The translations under genes and the position numbers were made by a program. Positions 1 through 9,585 of a stretch of DNA of 64,000 nucleotides are shown here, one piece after another (within the stretch, counting starts at the first letter, position 1; every line of letters begins with the position of its first letter). The DNA comes from Treponemataceae bacterium (GTDB lineage Bacteria; Spirochaetota; Spirochaetia; Treponematales; Rectinemataceae), in contig CAXXHO010000003.1 in NCBI GenBank assembly GCA_963667725.2, forward strand, positions 256,001 to 320,000, written 5' to 3'. Under the pieces are notes generated by a model. That model did no database searches, had not been told where the DNA came from, and saw only the letters and a program-made list of their open reading frames with translations.

Positions 1-1
1 G

Positions 2-1663
2 AACGTTTTGGACGGCCTCGTTGAATACGATAAGTATGGCGTTCTCGTCCCCTCCCTCGCCACCGACTGGACAAACTCCGCCGATGGAAAGACCTGGACC
101 TTTACCCTGCGCAAGGGCGTGAAATGGGTCGACAACAAGGGCAAGGATTACGCTGAAGTCGTCGCCCAGGACTGGGTCGACGCCGCGCGTTACCTTTTCG
201 ATAAAAAGAATGCCTCCCTCATCGCCAATATCGCCTATACGGTGATCAAGAACGGCAAAGCGTATTTCGAAGGGAAAGTGACCGATTTTAGTCAGGTCGG
301 CGTCAAGGCTCTCGACAAGTATACGCTCCAGTACACGCTCGAGAAGCCGGTTCCCTATTTCCTCAGCATGCTCACCTATGTCTGCTTCCTGCCAGCGAAC
401 GGCCAGTTCATCGAGAAAACCGGAACCCGCTTCGGCACCGATAACAAGACTATCCTTTATAATGGCGCGTACATCATTGAAACCTTCGAGCCCCAGGTAG
501 GCCGCACGCTCGTGCGCAACGATAAGTACTGGGACAAGGAACACGTGTACATTCGCCGCCTGATTTTTAAGTACAACAAGGAATCGGGAACCCTCAGCCC
601 CGAACTTTTCCTCAGAGGCGAAATATCCTCCGTCATCTCCATTCCAAGCTCCCTCATCGACTCCTGGATGAAGGATCCGGCCAAGAAAGCCATAATTCGG
701 CCTTTGGTGACCAACTCCTATACCTATTTCTACGCGCTCAACTTCAACCCCACCTTCGACGCGCAGTACGACCCCGACAACTGGAAGGTCGCCGTCAACA
801 ACAAGAATTTCAGGAAAGCCCTCTTCCACGCGCTGGACAAGCGTGCGGCCATGCTCACCTCGGAGCCGTACGCGCCGGAACGCAGGCTCCAAAACACGAT
901 CACACCGCGCAACTTCGTTAACGCTTCAGGGAAGGACTATGTTGATATGGCCGATCTGGCCAAGGTCGCGAAAGCCGATTCCTTCAATAAAACCTTAGCC
1001 GTCGGATTCAAGGCCAAGGCTATGGCGGAACTGGCCGGCACGGCGAAATTCCCCGTCAAGGTCATGATGCCGTACAACGCCGGCATGTCGGACTGGACGA
1101 ACCGCGCCCAGGTCGTCGAACAGCAGCTGGAAAATCTTCTCGGCAATGATTTTATCGACGTGATTCCAGTTTCCTTCCCCGCCACGGGCTTCCTCGGCGC
1201 CACTCGACGCAAAGGCAACTACGCGATTCTGGAATGCAACTGGGGTCCGGACTACGCCGATCCGGAAACCTATACCGATCCCTTCATCACCGGATCGAAC
1301 TACAACTGGCCGGAGAAAGCGATCGGATACGTTCAGGCTAACGGCAAGTCGATCTATGAGAACATGGTGGACGCGGCCAAGGCGGAAACCGTCAATATCG
1401 CGAAACGCTACGAGCTCTTCGCCAAGGCCGAAGCTTATTTCATAGACGAAGCCTTCGTCATACCCTACGCGATAGGCGGCGGCGGTTTCACGGCATCCAA
1501 GCTCGAACCCTTCTCCTATCCCTTCGCGCCCTTCGGCACTTCCACCCTGAAATTCAAGGGACAGACCGTCATGCAGAAACCGCTTTCCACGGAAGCCTAC
1601 AACAAGATGAAAGCCGCATGGGACGCGGAACGCGAAGAAGCCCTCAAGAAATCCAAGTACTAA
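2..1663 (+). CDS. oppA: Oligopeptide ABC transporter substrate-binding protein (SBP family 5, AmiA/AliA-like); 5' end lies outside the window
   Basis: Frame open to the window edge; DGLVEYDKYG..PSLA..W..S.DGKTWTFTLRKGVKW, NGAY and WGPDYADP.TY motifs; followed by oppBCDF. Confidence 0.93.
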   Translation, partial: NVLDGLVEYDKYGVLVPSLATDWTNSADGKTWTFTLRKGVKWVDNKGKDYAEVVAQDWVDAARYLFDKKNASLIANIAYTVIKNGKAYFEGKVTDFSQVGVKALDKYTLQYTLEKPVPYFLSMLTYVCFLPANGQFIEKTGTRFGTDNKTILYNGAYIIETFEPQVGRTLVRNDKYWDKEHVYIRRLIFKYNKESGTLSPELFLRGEISSVISIPSSLIDSWMKDPAKKAIIRPLVTNSYTYFYALNFNPTFDAQYDPDNWKVAVNNKNFRKALFHALDKRAAMLTSEPYAPERRLQNTITPRNFVNASGKDYVDMADLAKVAKADSFNKTLAVGFKAKAMAELAGTAKFPVKVMMPYNAGMSDWTNRAQVVEQQLENLLGNDFIDVIPVSFPATGFLGATRRKGNYAILECNWGPDYADPETYTDPFITGSNYNWPEKAIGYVQANGKSIYENMVDAAKAETVNIAKRYELFAKAEAYFIDEAFVIPYAIGGGGFTASKLEPFSYPFAPFGTSTLKFKGQTVMQKPLSTEAYNKMKAAWDAEREEALKKSKY

Positions 1664-1690
1664 GCAGCATGGCTTTTACATCATGATCGA

Positions 1691-1720
1691 GAGAAGGGCG
1701 GGGTGATCCCCGCCCTTCTC
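1691..1720 (+). other. Perfect 13-bp stem-loop between oppA and oppB (mRNA stabiliser or partial terminator)
   Basis: GAGAAGGGCGGGG-TGAT-CCCCGCCCTTCTC, no U-tract. Confidence 0.75.
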
Positions 1721-1743
1721 CGATTGAAGATCGCGGAGATTCA

Positions 1744-2688
1744 ATGATTCGATATATCCTTAAGCGGTTTTCTCAATCGCTCGTCACGCTCTTCATCGTC
1801 GTGTCGCTCGTGTTCCTGCTGATGCGACTTCTCCCTCTGGAAGGATATTTCGCCGAGGGTTACGACAAGCTTTCAGAGGTGCAGAAGGTCGCCGCCCTAG
1901 ACCGCATGGGCTTGCTCGATCCCTGGTATGTCCAGCTGGGCAATTTTTACGTAAGACTCTCAAGGGGCGATTTGGGCACTTCCATCATCTACCGGCGGGA
2001 CGTGCCCGTCACCGAAGTGATAGCCCCGCGAATTCCCTATTCCATGTATTTCGGGATTTTCGCCACGCTTCTGGCGCTGGTTGCGGGCCTGTCCCTTGGT
2101 GCATTCATGGCGAGGAAGAAAGGGCGGGCTCTGGACAAAGCGGGCACCGCATACATTGTGCTGATCAACGCGATGCCGTCGGCCGTCTATCTCCTTTTCA
2201 TACAGTTGTACGGCACCAGTCTCTTCAATCTTCCCATTCTATTCGACAAGTACCGCGTAAAAAGCTGGATACTGCCTACCATTTCCCTGTCGTTGGGTGG
2301 CATAGCCGGCTACGCGATGTGGATACGGCGCTATATGGTCGACGAACTCAACAAGGATTATATAAAGCTCGCCAGAGCGAAGGGGCTGCCCGAAAAGCTC
2401 ATCATGGTGCGTCACGTTATGCGAAACGCTTTCGTTCCCATGGCGCAATATCTTCCCGCCGCCATACTTTCGACCATTTCCGGCTCTATCTATATCGAAT
2501 CGCTTTATTCCATTCCCGGCATGGGCGGACTTCTTGTCGACGTCATTCAACGTCAGGACAACCCGATGGTCCAGGCTCTCGTCCTCATTTTCTCCTCGGT
2601 GGGAATCATCGGTCTTTTTCTCGGCGATATTCTCATGGCGATATTCGATCCGAGGATAAAACTCGTAAAAGGGGAGGGCTCGCGATGA
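1744..2688 (+). CDS. oppB: Oligopeptide ABC transporter permease
   Basis: GDLGTS, EAA-loop equivalent DYIKLARAKGL, IE..YSIPGMG; GGAG SD. Confidence 0.93.
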   Translation: MIRYILKRFSQSLVTLFIVVSLVFLLMRLLPLEGYFAEGYDKLSEVQKVAALDRMGLLDPWYVQLGNFYVRLSRGDLGTSIIYRRDVPVTEVIAPRIPYSMYFGIFATLLALVAGLSLGAFMARKKGRALDKAGTAYIVLINAMPSAVYLLFIQLYGTSLFNLPILFDKYRVKSWILPTISLSLGGIAGYAMWIRRYMVDELNKDYIKLARAKGLPEKLIMVRHVMRNAFVPMAQYLPAAILSTISGSIYIESLYSIPGMGGLLVDVIQRQDNPMVQALVLIFSSVGIIGLFLGDILMAIFDPRIKLVKGEGSR

Positions 2689-3617
2689 GCGACTCGCTTT
2701 TCGAATTCGCCGACTTCGACGAAAACGCCTCGGAACGCATCGGATATTCCGATTACTCGTATTGGCGGTCCACCGTAAAGGTTTTTCTCAAGAACAAGAT
2801 CGCCGTTATCCTCCTCGTCGTGCTTTCTATATTGCTGATATTCACGTTCATCCAACCTTTGATCCCGGGGCAGAATTCGCCCACAAAGATTCATATCGAC
2901 CCTGCCACGAGCGTGCAGATGCGCAACCGCCTTCCGGATTCAACCTTCTGGTTCGGGACCAACTCCATAGGCCAGGATCTCTGGGCTCGCATCTGGAGCG
3001 GCACGCGGACAAGCCTTCTCATCGGTCTCATCGTCGGATTCTTCGAGATGCTGGTAGGCATCACGTATGGAGCACTCTGGGGCTATGTACGCAAGCTCGA
3101 CAGAGTGATGACGGAAGTGTACAACGTCCTCAACAATATACCCACGACGATCATTCTGCTGTTGATGGCCTATATTCTCCGGCCCGGATTCAAGACCATG
3201 ATCATCGCGATGTGCATCACGGGCTGGCTGGGGCTTGCCCGCTTCGTGCGCAACCAGATCGTCATCATAAGGGACAGGGAATACAACCTCGCGTCGCGCT
3301 GCCTCGGAACGCCGGCGGGCAGAGTGATAGGCCGGAATCTTTTGCCCTATCTCGTGTCGGTGATCATGCTGCAGACGGCCCTCTCCATCCCCGGAACCAT
3401 AGGCTGGGAGGTCTTCCTCACGTACATCGGTCTCGGACTGCCGGTGAGCATCCCCTCCCTCGGGAATCTGGTCAATGAAGGCAGGCTCATAATGATGTCG
3501 CCTGAGCTCAGGTACCAGCTGATATTCCCCACGATCGTGCTGTCCATCATTACGATATCCTTCTATGTTCTCGGCAACGCTTTCGCCGACGCGTCCGATC
3601 CGCGCAACCATGTGTAG
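2685..3617 (+). CDS. oppC: Oligopeptide ABC transporter permease
   Basis: ATGA overlap with the oppB stop; FGTNSIGQDLWARIW.G.RTSL, REYNLASRCLG, C-terminal DASDPR. Confidence 0.93.
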   Translation: MSDSLFEFADFDENASERIGYSDYSYWRSTVKVFLKNKIAVILLVVLSILLIFTFIQPLIPGQNSPTKIHIDPATSVQMRNRLPDSTFWFGTNSIGQDLWARIWSGTRTSLLIGLIVGFFEMLVGITYGALWGYVRKLDRVMTEVYNVLNNIPTTIILLLMAYILRPGFKTMIIAMCITGWLGLARFVRNQIVIIRDREYNLASRCLGTPAGRVIGRNLLPYLVSVIMLQTALSIPGTIGWEVFLTYIGLGLPVSIPSLGNLVNEGRLIMMSPELRYQLIFPTIVLSIITISFYVLGNAFADASDPRNHV

Positions 3618-3626
3618 GGGCAGGTG

Positions 3627-4700
3627 ATGGAAAATATACTGGCGGAAAAAATCCTCGACGTTAAAGATATCGTCATTAAATTTAACTTGAGGGGGCAGGT
3701 TCTCACCGCGATACGCGGGACCAGTCTCGATGTCAGGAAAGGCGAGACGATAGCCATCGTCGGCGAATCCGGTTCGGGGAAATCCGTGCTCACGAAATCC
3801 TTCATCGGCATGCTGGACAAAAACGGATGGGTGGATTCGGGATCCATCCTTTTCGACGGCGAAGATCTCGCGAAGTTCCGCGGCGAAAAACCCTGGCTCG
3901 CGATAAGGGGCAAAAAAATATCCATGGTTTTTCAGGACCCGATGACTTCGCTCAATCCTCTCAGGACAGTGGGCTCGCAGATCGGGGAAGTCTATGCGCT
4001 TCATCGCGGCTACAACGCCAAGAAGGCCGAAACTGCCGCCATAGAGATGCTGAATCGAGTGGGTATTCCCGACGCCGACAAGCGTCATAAGCAGTTTCCG
4101 CACGAATTTTCGGGCGGCATGCGGCAGCGTGTCGTCATAGCCATCGCCATGGCATGCGAGCCGCGCATCCTCATCTGCGACGAGCCTACGACGGCCCTCG
4201 ACGTGACTATCCAGGCCCAGATACTGGATTTAATCCGTTCCCTTCAGGCCGAGTTCGGCTTTACGACCATTTACATCACCCACGACCTGGGTGTGGTAGC
4301 CAACGTCGCCGACAGAGTGGCGGTGATGTATGCCGGGAAAATCGTGGAATGCGGGCAGGCGGAAGAAGTCTTCTACGATCCGCGCCATCCTTACACATGG
4401 GCTTTGCTGTCATCGCTGCCCCAGCTGGGAATCAAGGGGAAACCTCTCTTTTCGATAAAGGGCACCCCTCCGAGCCTTTTCAAGGAAATTAAAGGGGACG
4501 CTTTCGCGGCGCGCAATCCCTATGCGCTCAAGATCGATTTCGTGCAGGAGCCTCCGCGTTTCGAGGTGAGCCCCAGCCACTGGGCTTCCACCTGGCTGCT
4601 CGATCCCCGCGCGCCCAAGGTGGAACCACCTGAGATCATCAAGCACTTGCAGGAATCCTGGCAGGTTCAGAACGCATGGCTTTCGGGTTCCAAGGCTTAA
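3627..4700 (+). CDS. oppD: Oligopeptide ABC transporter ATP-binding protein
   Basis: Walker [41 protein letters not shown]. Confidence 0.95.
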   Translation: MENILAEKILDVKDIVIKFNLRGQVLTAIRGTSLDVRKGETIAIVGESGSGKSVLTKSFIGMLDKNGWVDSGSILFDGEDLAKFRGEKPWLAIRGKKISMVFQDPMTSLNPLRTVGSQIGEVYALHRGYNAKKAETAAIEMLNRVGIPDADKRHKQFPHEFSGGMRQRVVIAIAMACEPRILICDEPTTALDVTIQAQILDLIRSLQAEFGFTTIYITHDLGVVANVADRVAVMYAGKIVECGQAEEVFYDPRHPYTWALLSSLPQLGIKGKPLFSIKGTPPSLFKEIKGDAFAARNPYALKIDFVQEPPRFEVSPSHWASTWLLDPRAPKVEPPEIIKHLQESWQVQNAWLSGSKA

Positions 4701-4723
4701 ACATGCAAACGAGGAATGAAGCG

Positions 4724-5653
4724 ATGGAGCGCGAGAAAATACTGGAAGTGAAAGACCTGTCGGTCGATTTCAAGGTGAAGGGCGGAAGCTTCCGCGCTGT
4801 CGACAAGGTCAATTTTTTCATATACAAGGGCGAAACCTTCGGTCTCGTCGGGGAATCGGGATCAGGGAAGACGACCATCGGCCGGGCGATCGTGAGGATT
4901 AATGAAGCGAGCGGCGGGGAAATTCTCTTCAAGGGAAGGAATATCAACGGTCGCATAACGCCTGAACTGGATCGTGAAGTGGTCCAGAAAATACAGATGA
5001 TTTTCCAGGATCCGATGGCGTCGCTCAACGAGAGAGCGAAGATAGACTATATCGTATCGGAAGGCCTGTACAATATCCATGGATTTTCGAGCGAGAAGGA
5101 GAGAGTGGAACTCGTCCAGAAAGCGCTTCTCGAAGTGGGCCTTCTGCCCGAGTTCGCCAGCCGTTTTCCCCATGAGTTCTCGGGCGGCCAACGTCAAAGA
5201 ATAGGCATAGCCCGCGCCCTCATAATGGCGCCGGAGTTCATCATCGCCGACGAGCCCATCTCGGCGCTGGACGTCTCGATCAGGGCTCAGGTGCTCAACC
5301 TCCTCTCCCAGATCCAGAAGACCAAGGGGCTGTCCCTCATGTTCATCGCGCACGATCTCTCGGTTGTGCGATTCATAACGGACAGGATAGCTGTGATCCA
5401 TCTGGGCAAGATCGTGGAACTCGGCGAGACGGAAGAAATATTCTCCAAGCCGCTCCACCCTTACACGAAGGCGCTGCTCTCCGCCGTTCCCCTGCCGGAT
5501 CCTCGGCGCGAGAAGGGCAAGAAATCGACGCCTTACGACCAGTCGTGCCACGACTACAGCGATGAACAGCCCAGCTGGCGTGAAGCCCTGCCCGGGCATT
5601 TCGTATACGGGAACGGGGAAGAGACGGAAGACTGGACGAGGCGCTACCGGTGA
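4724..5653 (+). CDS. oppF: Oligopeptide ABC transporter ATP-binding protein
   Basis: [37 protein letters not shown] 8 nt before ATG 4724. Confidence 0.93.
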   Translation: MEREKILEVKDLSVDFKVKGGSFRAVDKVNFFIYKGETFGLVGESGSGKTTIGRAIVRINEASGGEILFKGRNINGRITPELDREVVQKIQMIFQDPMASLNERAKIDYIVSEGLYNIHGFSSEKERVELVQKALLEVGLLPEFASRFPHEFSGGQRQRIGIARALIMAPEFIIADEPISALDVSIRAQVLNLLSQIQKTKGLSLMFIAHDLSVVRFITDRIAVIHLGKIVELGETEEIFSKPLHPYTKALLSAVPLPDPRREKGKKSTPYDQSCHDYSDEQPSWREALPGHFVYGNGEETEDWTRRYR

Positions 5654-5657
5654 GAGA

Positions 5658-6017
5658 TCAGAATTTCGCGCCTATTCCGAAGCCGAAATAAAGGACGAGG
5701 GAGGCCAGGGCGAGGAAGGCGGAAGCGGCCAGCAGAACGCGGCGGCTTCGTTTGGATGAAAGGTCGGGCGGCGGCGTATCCTGCCCGCGGCGTTTCAAGA
5801 ACGAGTCGTCCCGGAGATAGAGGAGCCAGGCGACGAGAAGATAGAAGCCCATGACGGCGACGGCGAGCCATTCCACATAGTAGAGTTTGCCCAGAAGCTT
5901 GAGACCGGCGAGGAAACTGGCCGCCAGCCCCAAGCCTCCCAAACCCAGCCCCATGGCCGCGTCCTTCAGTCGCCGATCTTTTGGACGCGTTCCATTTTCG
6001 ATTGTTGTTCGATTCAT
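5658..6017 (-). CDS. Small hypothetical membrane protein (about 3 TM helices, 119 aa)
   Basis: Three hydrophobic segments in the ORF-track protein; start chosen from the sigma70-like promoter 7 nt upstream. Confidence 0.65.
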   Translation of the reverse strand: MNRTTIENGTRPKDRRLKDAAMGLGLGGLGLAASFLAGLKLLGKLYYVEWLAVAVMGFYLLVAWLLYLRDDSFLKRRGQDTPPPDLSSKRSRRVLLAASAFLALASLVLYFGFGIGAKF

Positions 6018-6024
6018 TGAAGGC

Positions 6025-6053
6025 ATTGTGGGGACTCGAAATCTTCTTGTCAA
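6025..6053 (-). promoter_or_regulatory. sigma70-type promoter, probably leaderless
   Basis: Minus strand TTGACA-N17-CACAAT-N7-ATG(6017). Confidence 0.6.
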
Positions 6054-6091
6054 CGCGGCGGAATCCGGAAGATGGAGACGGGAGGAAGATA

Positions 6092-7468
6092 ATGAAAAGA
6101 GGGACGGGAAAAGCGGCCGAAGCATCGCGGGAACTCGGCGAGGCCTGCGCTCGGGTGATGGAGTTGCCGGGGAAGCCTCTTTCTGGCCTCGCCGTCGTCC
6201 TGCTTCGGGGCGGCCGCATAGCCTGGGAGGGGTATTTCGGCGCGAGACGCTTTGCCGCGAGCGAGGGGAGGCTGCGGATAGAGGGGCAGGGGGGAGCGCC
6301 GGATCTGCCTGTCGACGAGCGCACGCGGTGGCGCGTCGCCTCAATTTCCAAGCCCACGGCGACGATTGGCGCCATGCGCCTCGTCGAGCAAGGGGCTCTC
6401 GACCTCGATCGCGACATTTCGGATTATCTGGGATTCACGCTGCGCAATCCATCCTTTCCCGATAAAAAGATCACGACAAGAATGCTTCTCGGCCATACAT
6501 CTAGCCTCCGCGACGCCGGGTTCTATTATCCCCCGCTTGGACACAGGCTGGAGGAACTTTTCGTCCCCGATGGCAGATATTTCGATTCGGGCAGACACTT
6601 TGCCCGGAAGGATTCCCGCGTCGACAAATCGCCTGCTTCGTTTTACTGCTACTGCAACCTGGGATATGCCCTCCTCGGGAGCATCGTGGAGAGGGTCGCG
6701 GGCAAACGTTTCGATCTCTACATGCAGGAAGCCGTTTTCGAACCGCTCGGCATCGATGGCGGATTCAACGTCAATCTGCTCTCGGGTGAGGGGTTTGCCA
6801 ACCTTTCGCCCATCTATAGAAAATGCCCGGCCGATAAAGAGTCGGATGATTCCTGGAACGCGAGTGGCCCCTGGTATCCGCAGATTGATGACTACCGCGG
6901 AGTCCGCCCTAAGCTTCCGGTCCGAATCCCGGCAGCGCCGCCTTCGCTTGAAGAGTATAGGCTGGGGGAGAATGGTTCGCTGTTTTCGCCTCAGGGCGGC
7001 ATGCGCGTCCGCGCCCGAGATCTCGCGAAAATCGCGCAGTGTCTCATCGACGGCGGCAAGGTGGACGCGGGCTTTGGCATCGAGGGCGGGGCTCAGGCGG
7101 CGGATCCGCGATCGGGCGTTGTTCGTCTGCTTTCCGAGATGAGCGTGAACGCGATGATGACTCCCGGCTGGCAGAGACGCGAAGACGGCGCCAACTGCGA
7201 GGAAGAATTCAGTCGTACCTATGCGACCGGCATAGGCATGATGCGTCCGACCGGCCCGGGGGGACGGCCCGGCCTATGGGGACACCGCGGCAACGCCTAC
7301 GGTTTCTTGGGCGGCATGTTCGTCGATCGGAGCAGCCGTTCGGGCTACGTATATATGATCGGCGGGACGGGGGCCAACCCGGACACCAACAGGGATGCGC
7401 AAAGCGGCCTTACAATATGGGAAGAAGCCCTCGGCCAAGCGATCGAAAAAGCGCTCAGTTTGATTTGA
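6092..7468 (+). CDS. Serine hydrolase, beta-lactamase/AmpC-like family (cytoplasmic esterase or D-peptidase-like)
   Basis: SxxK (ASISK), LLGHTSSL, YxN (YCNLGY), GHRG; GGAGG SD; no signal peptide. Confidence 0.88.
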   Translation: MKRGTGKAAEASRELGEACARVMELPGKPLSGLAVVLLRGGRIAWEGYFGARRFAASEGRLRIEGQGGAPDLPVDERTRWRVASISKPTATIGAMRLVEQGALDLDRDISDYLGFTLRNPSFPDKKITTRMLLGHTSSLRDAGFYYPPLGHRLEELFVPDGRYFDSGRHFARKDSRVDKSPASFYCYCNLGYALLGSIVERVAGKRFDLYMQEAVFEPLGIDGGFNVNLLSGEGFANLSPIYRKCPADKESDDSWNASGPWYPQIDDYRGVRPKLPVRIPAAPPSLEEYRLGENGSLFSPQGGMRVRARDLAKIAQCLIDGGKVDAGFGIEGGAQAADPRSGVVRLLSEMSVNAMMTPGWQRREDGANCEEEFSRTYATGIGMMRPTGPGGRPGLWGHRGNAYGFLGGMFVDRSSRSGYVYMIGGTGANPDTNRDAQSGLTIWEEALGQAIEKALSLI

Positions 7469-9578
7469 ATCTCCGGCGCACCTGGAGCTGTTCGGGCGGC
7501 GCTTCGGCAATCTCTGCCATGCGCTTCACCCTCTTGTAGAGCTGTTCCTGCGCAGAAACGGGTATTTCGCCTTCCATGGGCTTTACCCCTTCCCAGGAAC
7601 CGTCGGGAAGCATCCTGAAAGCATGGTCCGTATCCTTGAAATAGGTAGCCATGATTTCCACGCAAACACGCTGGAGACCTTCGTCGATCACCGGGAACAT
7701 CAGTTCGATCCTCCGTTCCAGATTCCTCGGCAGGCAATCGGCGCTGGAAAGATAGACTTCGTCGAGACCTCCGTTGCGGAAATGGAAGATGCGCGAGTGT
7801 TCGAGATAGCGTCCTAGAATGCTTCTAACCTCGATGGTCTCCGAGAGCCCCGGAATGCCGGGCAGGAGGGTGCAGGCTCCCCGAACGTTCAGCCTGACGA
7901 TCACGCCGGCGCGGGAGGCTTTATAGAAAGCCTCGATCACGTCGGTATCGGCCAGGGCGTTCAGTTTAGCCTCGATAAGGCCGGGAGACTCGGGCGAGGA
8001 GCGCTGGATCTCCCTGTCGATCAGGGAAAGTATCCGCTTTTTCAGATCAAAAGGCGCCACGGCCAGATGGGTGAGGGGCTGAATAGTGGAATAGCCGGTG
8101 AGCATGTTGAAAAGCGCCGAGGCTTCCCTGCAGAGATCATCGTTGGCGGTGAAAATCGAAAGGTCGGAGTAGCCCCGGGCTGTCTTTTCGTTATAGTTGC
8201 CGGTCGAGAGATGGAGATACTTGTGGATCGCTCCGTCCTTGGTTCTGCGAATCGCGAGGGCTACCTTGGCATGCACCTTCAGCCTCGCCACTCCATAGGT
8301 GACGATGGCGCCGGCCTGCTCGAGCGTGGAGGCCCAGGTTATATTCCTCTCTTCGTCGAAACGCGCCTTGAGTTCCACGACGACGGCCACTTGCTTCCCG
8401 TTTCGCGCCGCCCTTATTAGGGCCTTAACGACGGGAGAATCGCCCGAGGTCCTGTACAGCGTCATTTTTATGGCGAGAACGCTGGGATCGTCGGCTGCCT
8501 CGTCCAGGAAACGCTGGATCGCCCCGAACGATTCATAGGGCACATGGATGAGCCTGTCTCCGCTGTCGATCTCATCCCATACGCTCGCCCCCTCAGGACC
8601 GGGGAGGACTACGGGAGCCCAGGCTTTGTCTCTCAGCTTGGAGTTGGTCTTTCGATGACTTTTTTCCTCGATGGAAGCCAGGTCGTAGAAACCTGAAAGA
8701 TCTATGGGACCGTTCAACCGATAGGTGTCGATTTCGCCAAGCCCAAGACCTTTCTGGAGGATCGCGACGAGGGCGGCCGCCTTGCCGGAGACGCTGAGCC
8801 TCACCGGGGTGGAGTTCTGACGCCCAGCCAGAACTTCCTCCATGGCGGTCAGGAAATCCTCCTGCCTATCCTCGTCCACGCCCGAATCGGCGTCCCTCGT
8901 CACCTTGAATACCAGGGAACTGTTGACCTTGTGCCCGGGGAAAAGCCTGGACGCGTAGCTCGTGATGAGATCTTCGATGAGGGTAAAGCGGAATATATCC
9001 GGATCATCATCATCCTGTTTGGGAAGAGGAATGAAGCGGCCCGAGTTCTTGGGTACCTGGGCTATGGCGTAGACCTTTTCGCCGCTTTCCGTCTCGAGCT
9101 CGAAGGCGCATTGGAGCTGGAGATTGCCCGTCGAGGGGAATACGTCCTCCTCGATGCGCAAAGGGGTGATAAGGGGGAATACCTTTTCGCTGAAATAGCC
9201 TTCGAGATAACGCTTTTCGCCCAGGCTCCAGCGTCTGGGAGGAAGGATTTCCATCCCCGCCGCCGCGAGCCCCGGCAGGACATGCTCGGCTAGGCACTTG
9301 TACTGAATCCCGACCAGCTCCTTCACGCGGGCGGAAACCATGGCGAGCAGCTGCTCGGGGCTGGCGCCCGAGGCATCCAGGCTGTGATCTCCCCGGCCGA
9401 TCGCCGCCTTGAGGCCTGCCACCCGGACCATGAAGAACTCGTCAAAGTTGGACGTCACGATACCGAGAAACTTGAGGCGCTCGAGGAGGGGCACCGAATC
9501 CTTCAGCGCCACCTGGAGGACTCGGGCGTTGAACTCGATCCACGAAAGTTCGCGGTTTAGTACGGGATAATCGCTCAT
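7455..9578 (-). CDS. ppk1: Polyphosphate kinase 1
   Basis: NRELSWIEFNARVL, SNFDEFFMVRVAGL, ELKARFDE, LKVHAK, STGNYN, GRYLEHSR, RNLERRIE. Confidence 0.97.
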   Translation of the reverse strand: MSDYPVLNRELSWIEFNARVLQVALKDSVPLLERLKFLGIVTSNFDEFFMVRVAGLKAAIGRGDHSLDASGASPEQLLAMVSARVKELVGIQYKCLAEHVLPGLAAAGMEILPPRRWSLGEKRYLEGYFSEKVFPLITPLRIEEDVFPSTGNLQLQCAFELETESGEKVYAIAQVPKNSGRFIPLPKQDDDDPDIFRFTLIEDLITSYASRLFPGHKVNSSLVFKVTRDADSGVDEDRQEDFLTAMEEVLAGRQNSTPVRLSVSGKAAALVAILQKGLGLGEIDTYRLNGPIDLSGFYDLASIEEKSHRKTNSKLRDKAWAPVVLPGPEGASVWDEIDSGDRLIHVPYESFGAIQRFLDEAADDPSVLAIKMTLYRTSGDSPVVKALIRAARNGKQVAVVVELKARFDEERNITWASTLEQAGAIVTYGVARLKVHAKVALAIRRTKDGAIHKYLHLSTGNYNEKTARGYSDLSIFTANDDLCREASALFNMLTGYSTIQPLTHLAVAPFDLKKRILSLIDREIQRSSPESPGLIEAKLNALADTDVIEAFYKASRAGVIVRLNVRGACTLLPGIPGLSETIEVRSILGRYLEHSRIFHFRNGGLDEVYLSSADCLPRNLERRIELMFPVIDEGLQRVCVEIMATYFKDTDHAFRMLPDGSWEGVKPMEGEIPVSAQEQLYKRVKRMAEIAEAPPEQLQVRRRFKSN

Positions 9579-9585
9579 GGCTGCC

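Noticed and set aside
2319..2684. N-terminal extensions in the ORF track (oppC, 12485, 23062-24333, 38689, 47063, 56174, 61394)
   Set aside because: They overlap upstream genes or promoters; downstream starts with an SD or stop-start coupling fit the family N-termini better
6092..7468. Beta-lactam resistance gene
   Set aside because: The SxxK family fold is present, but with no signal peptide and with the LLxHxS motif common in esterase/peptidase members; resistance cannot be supported
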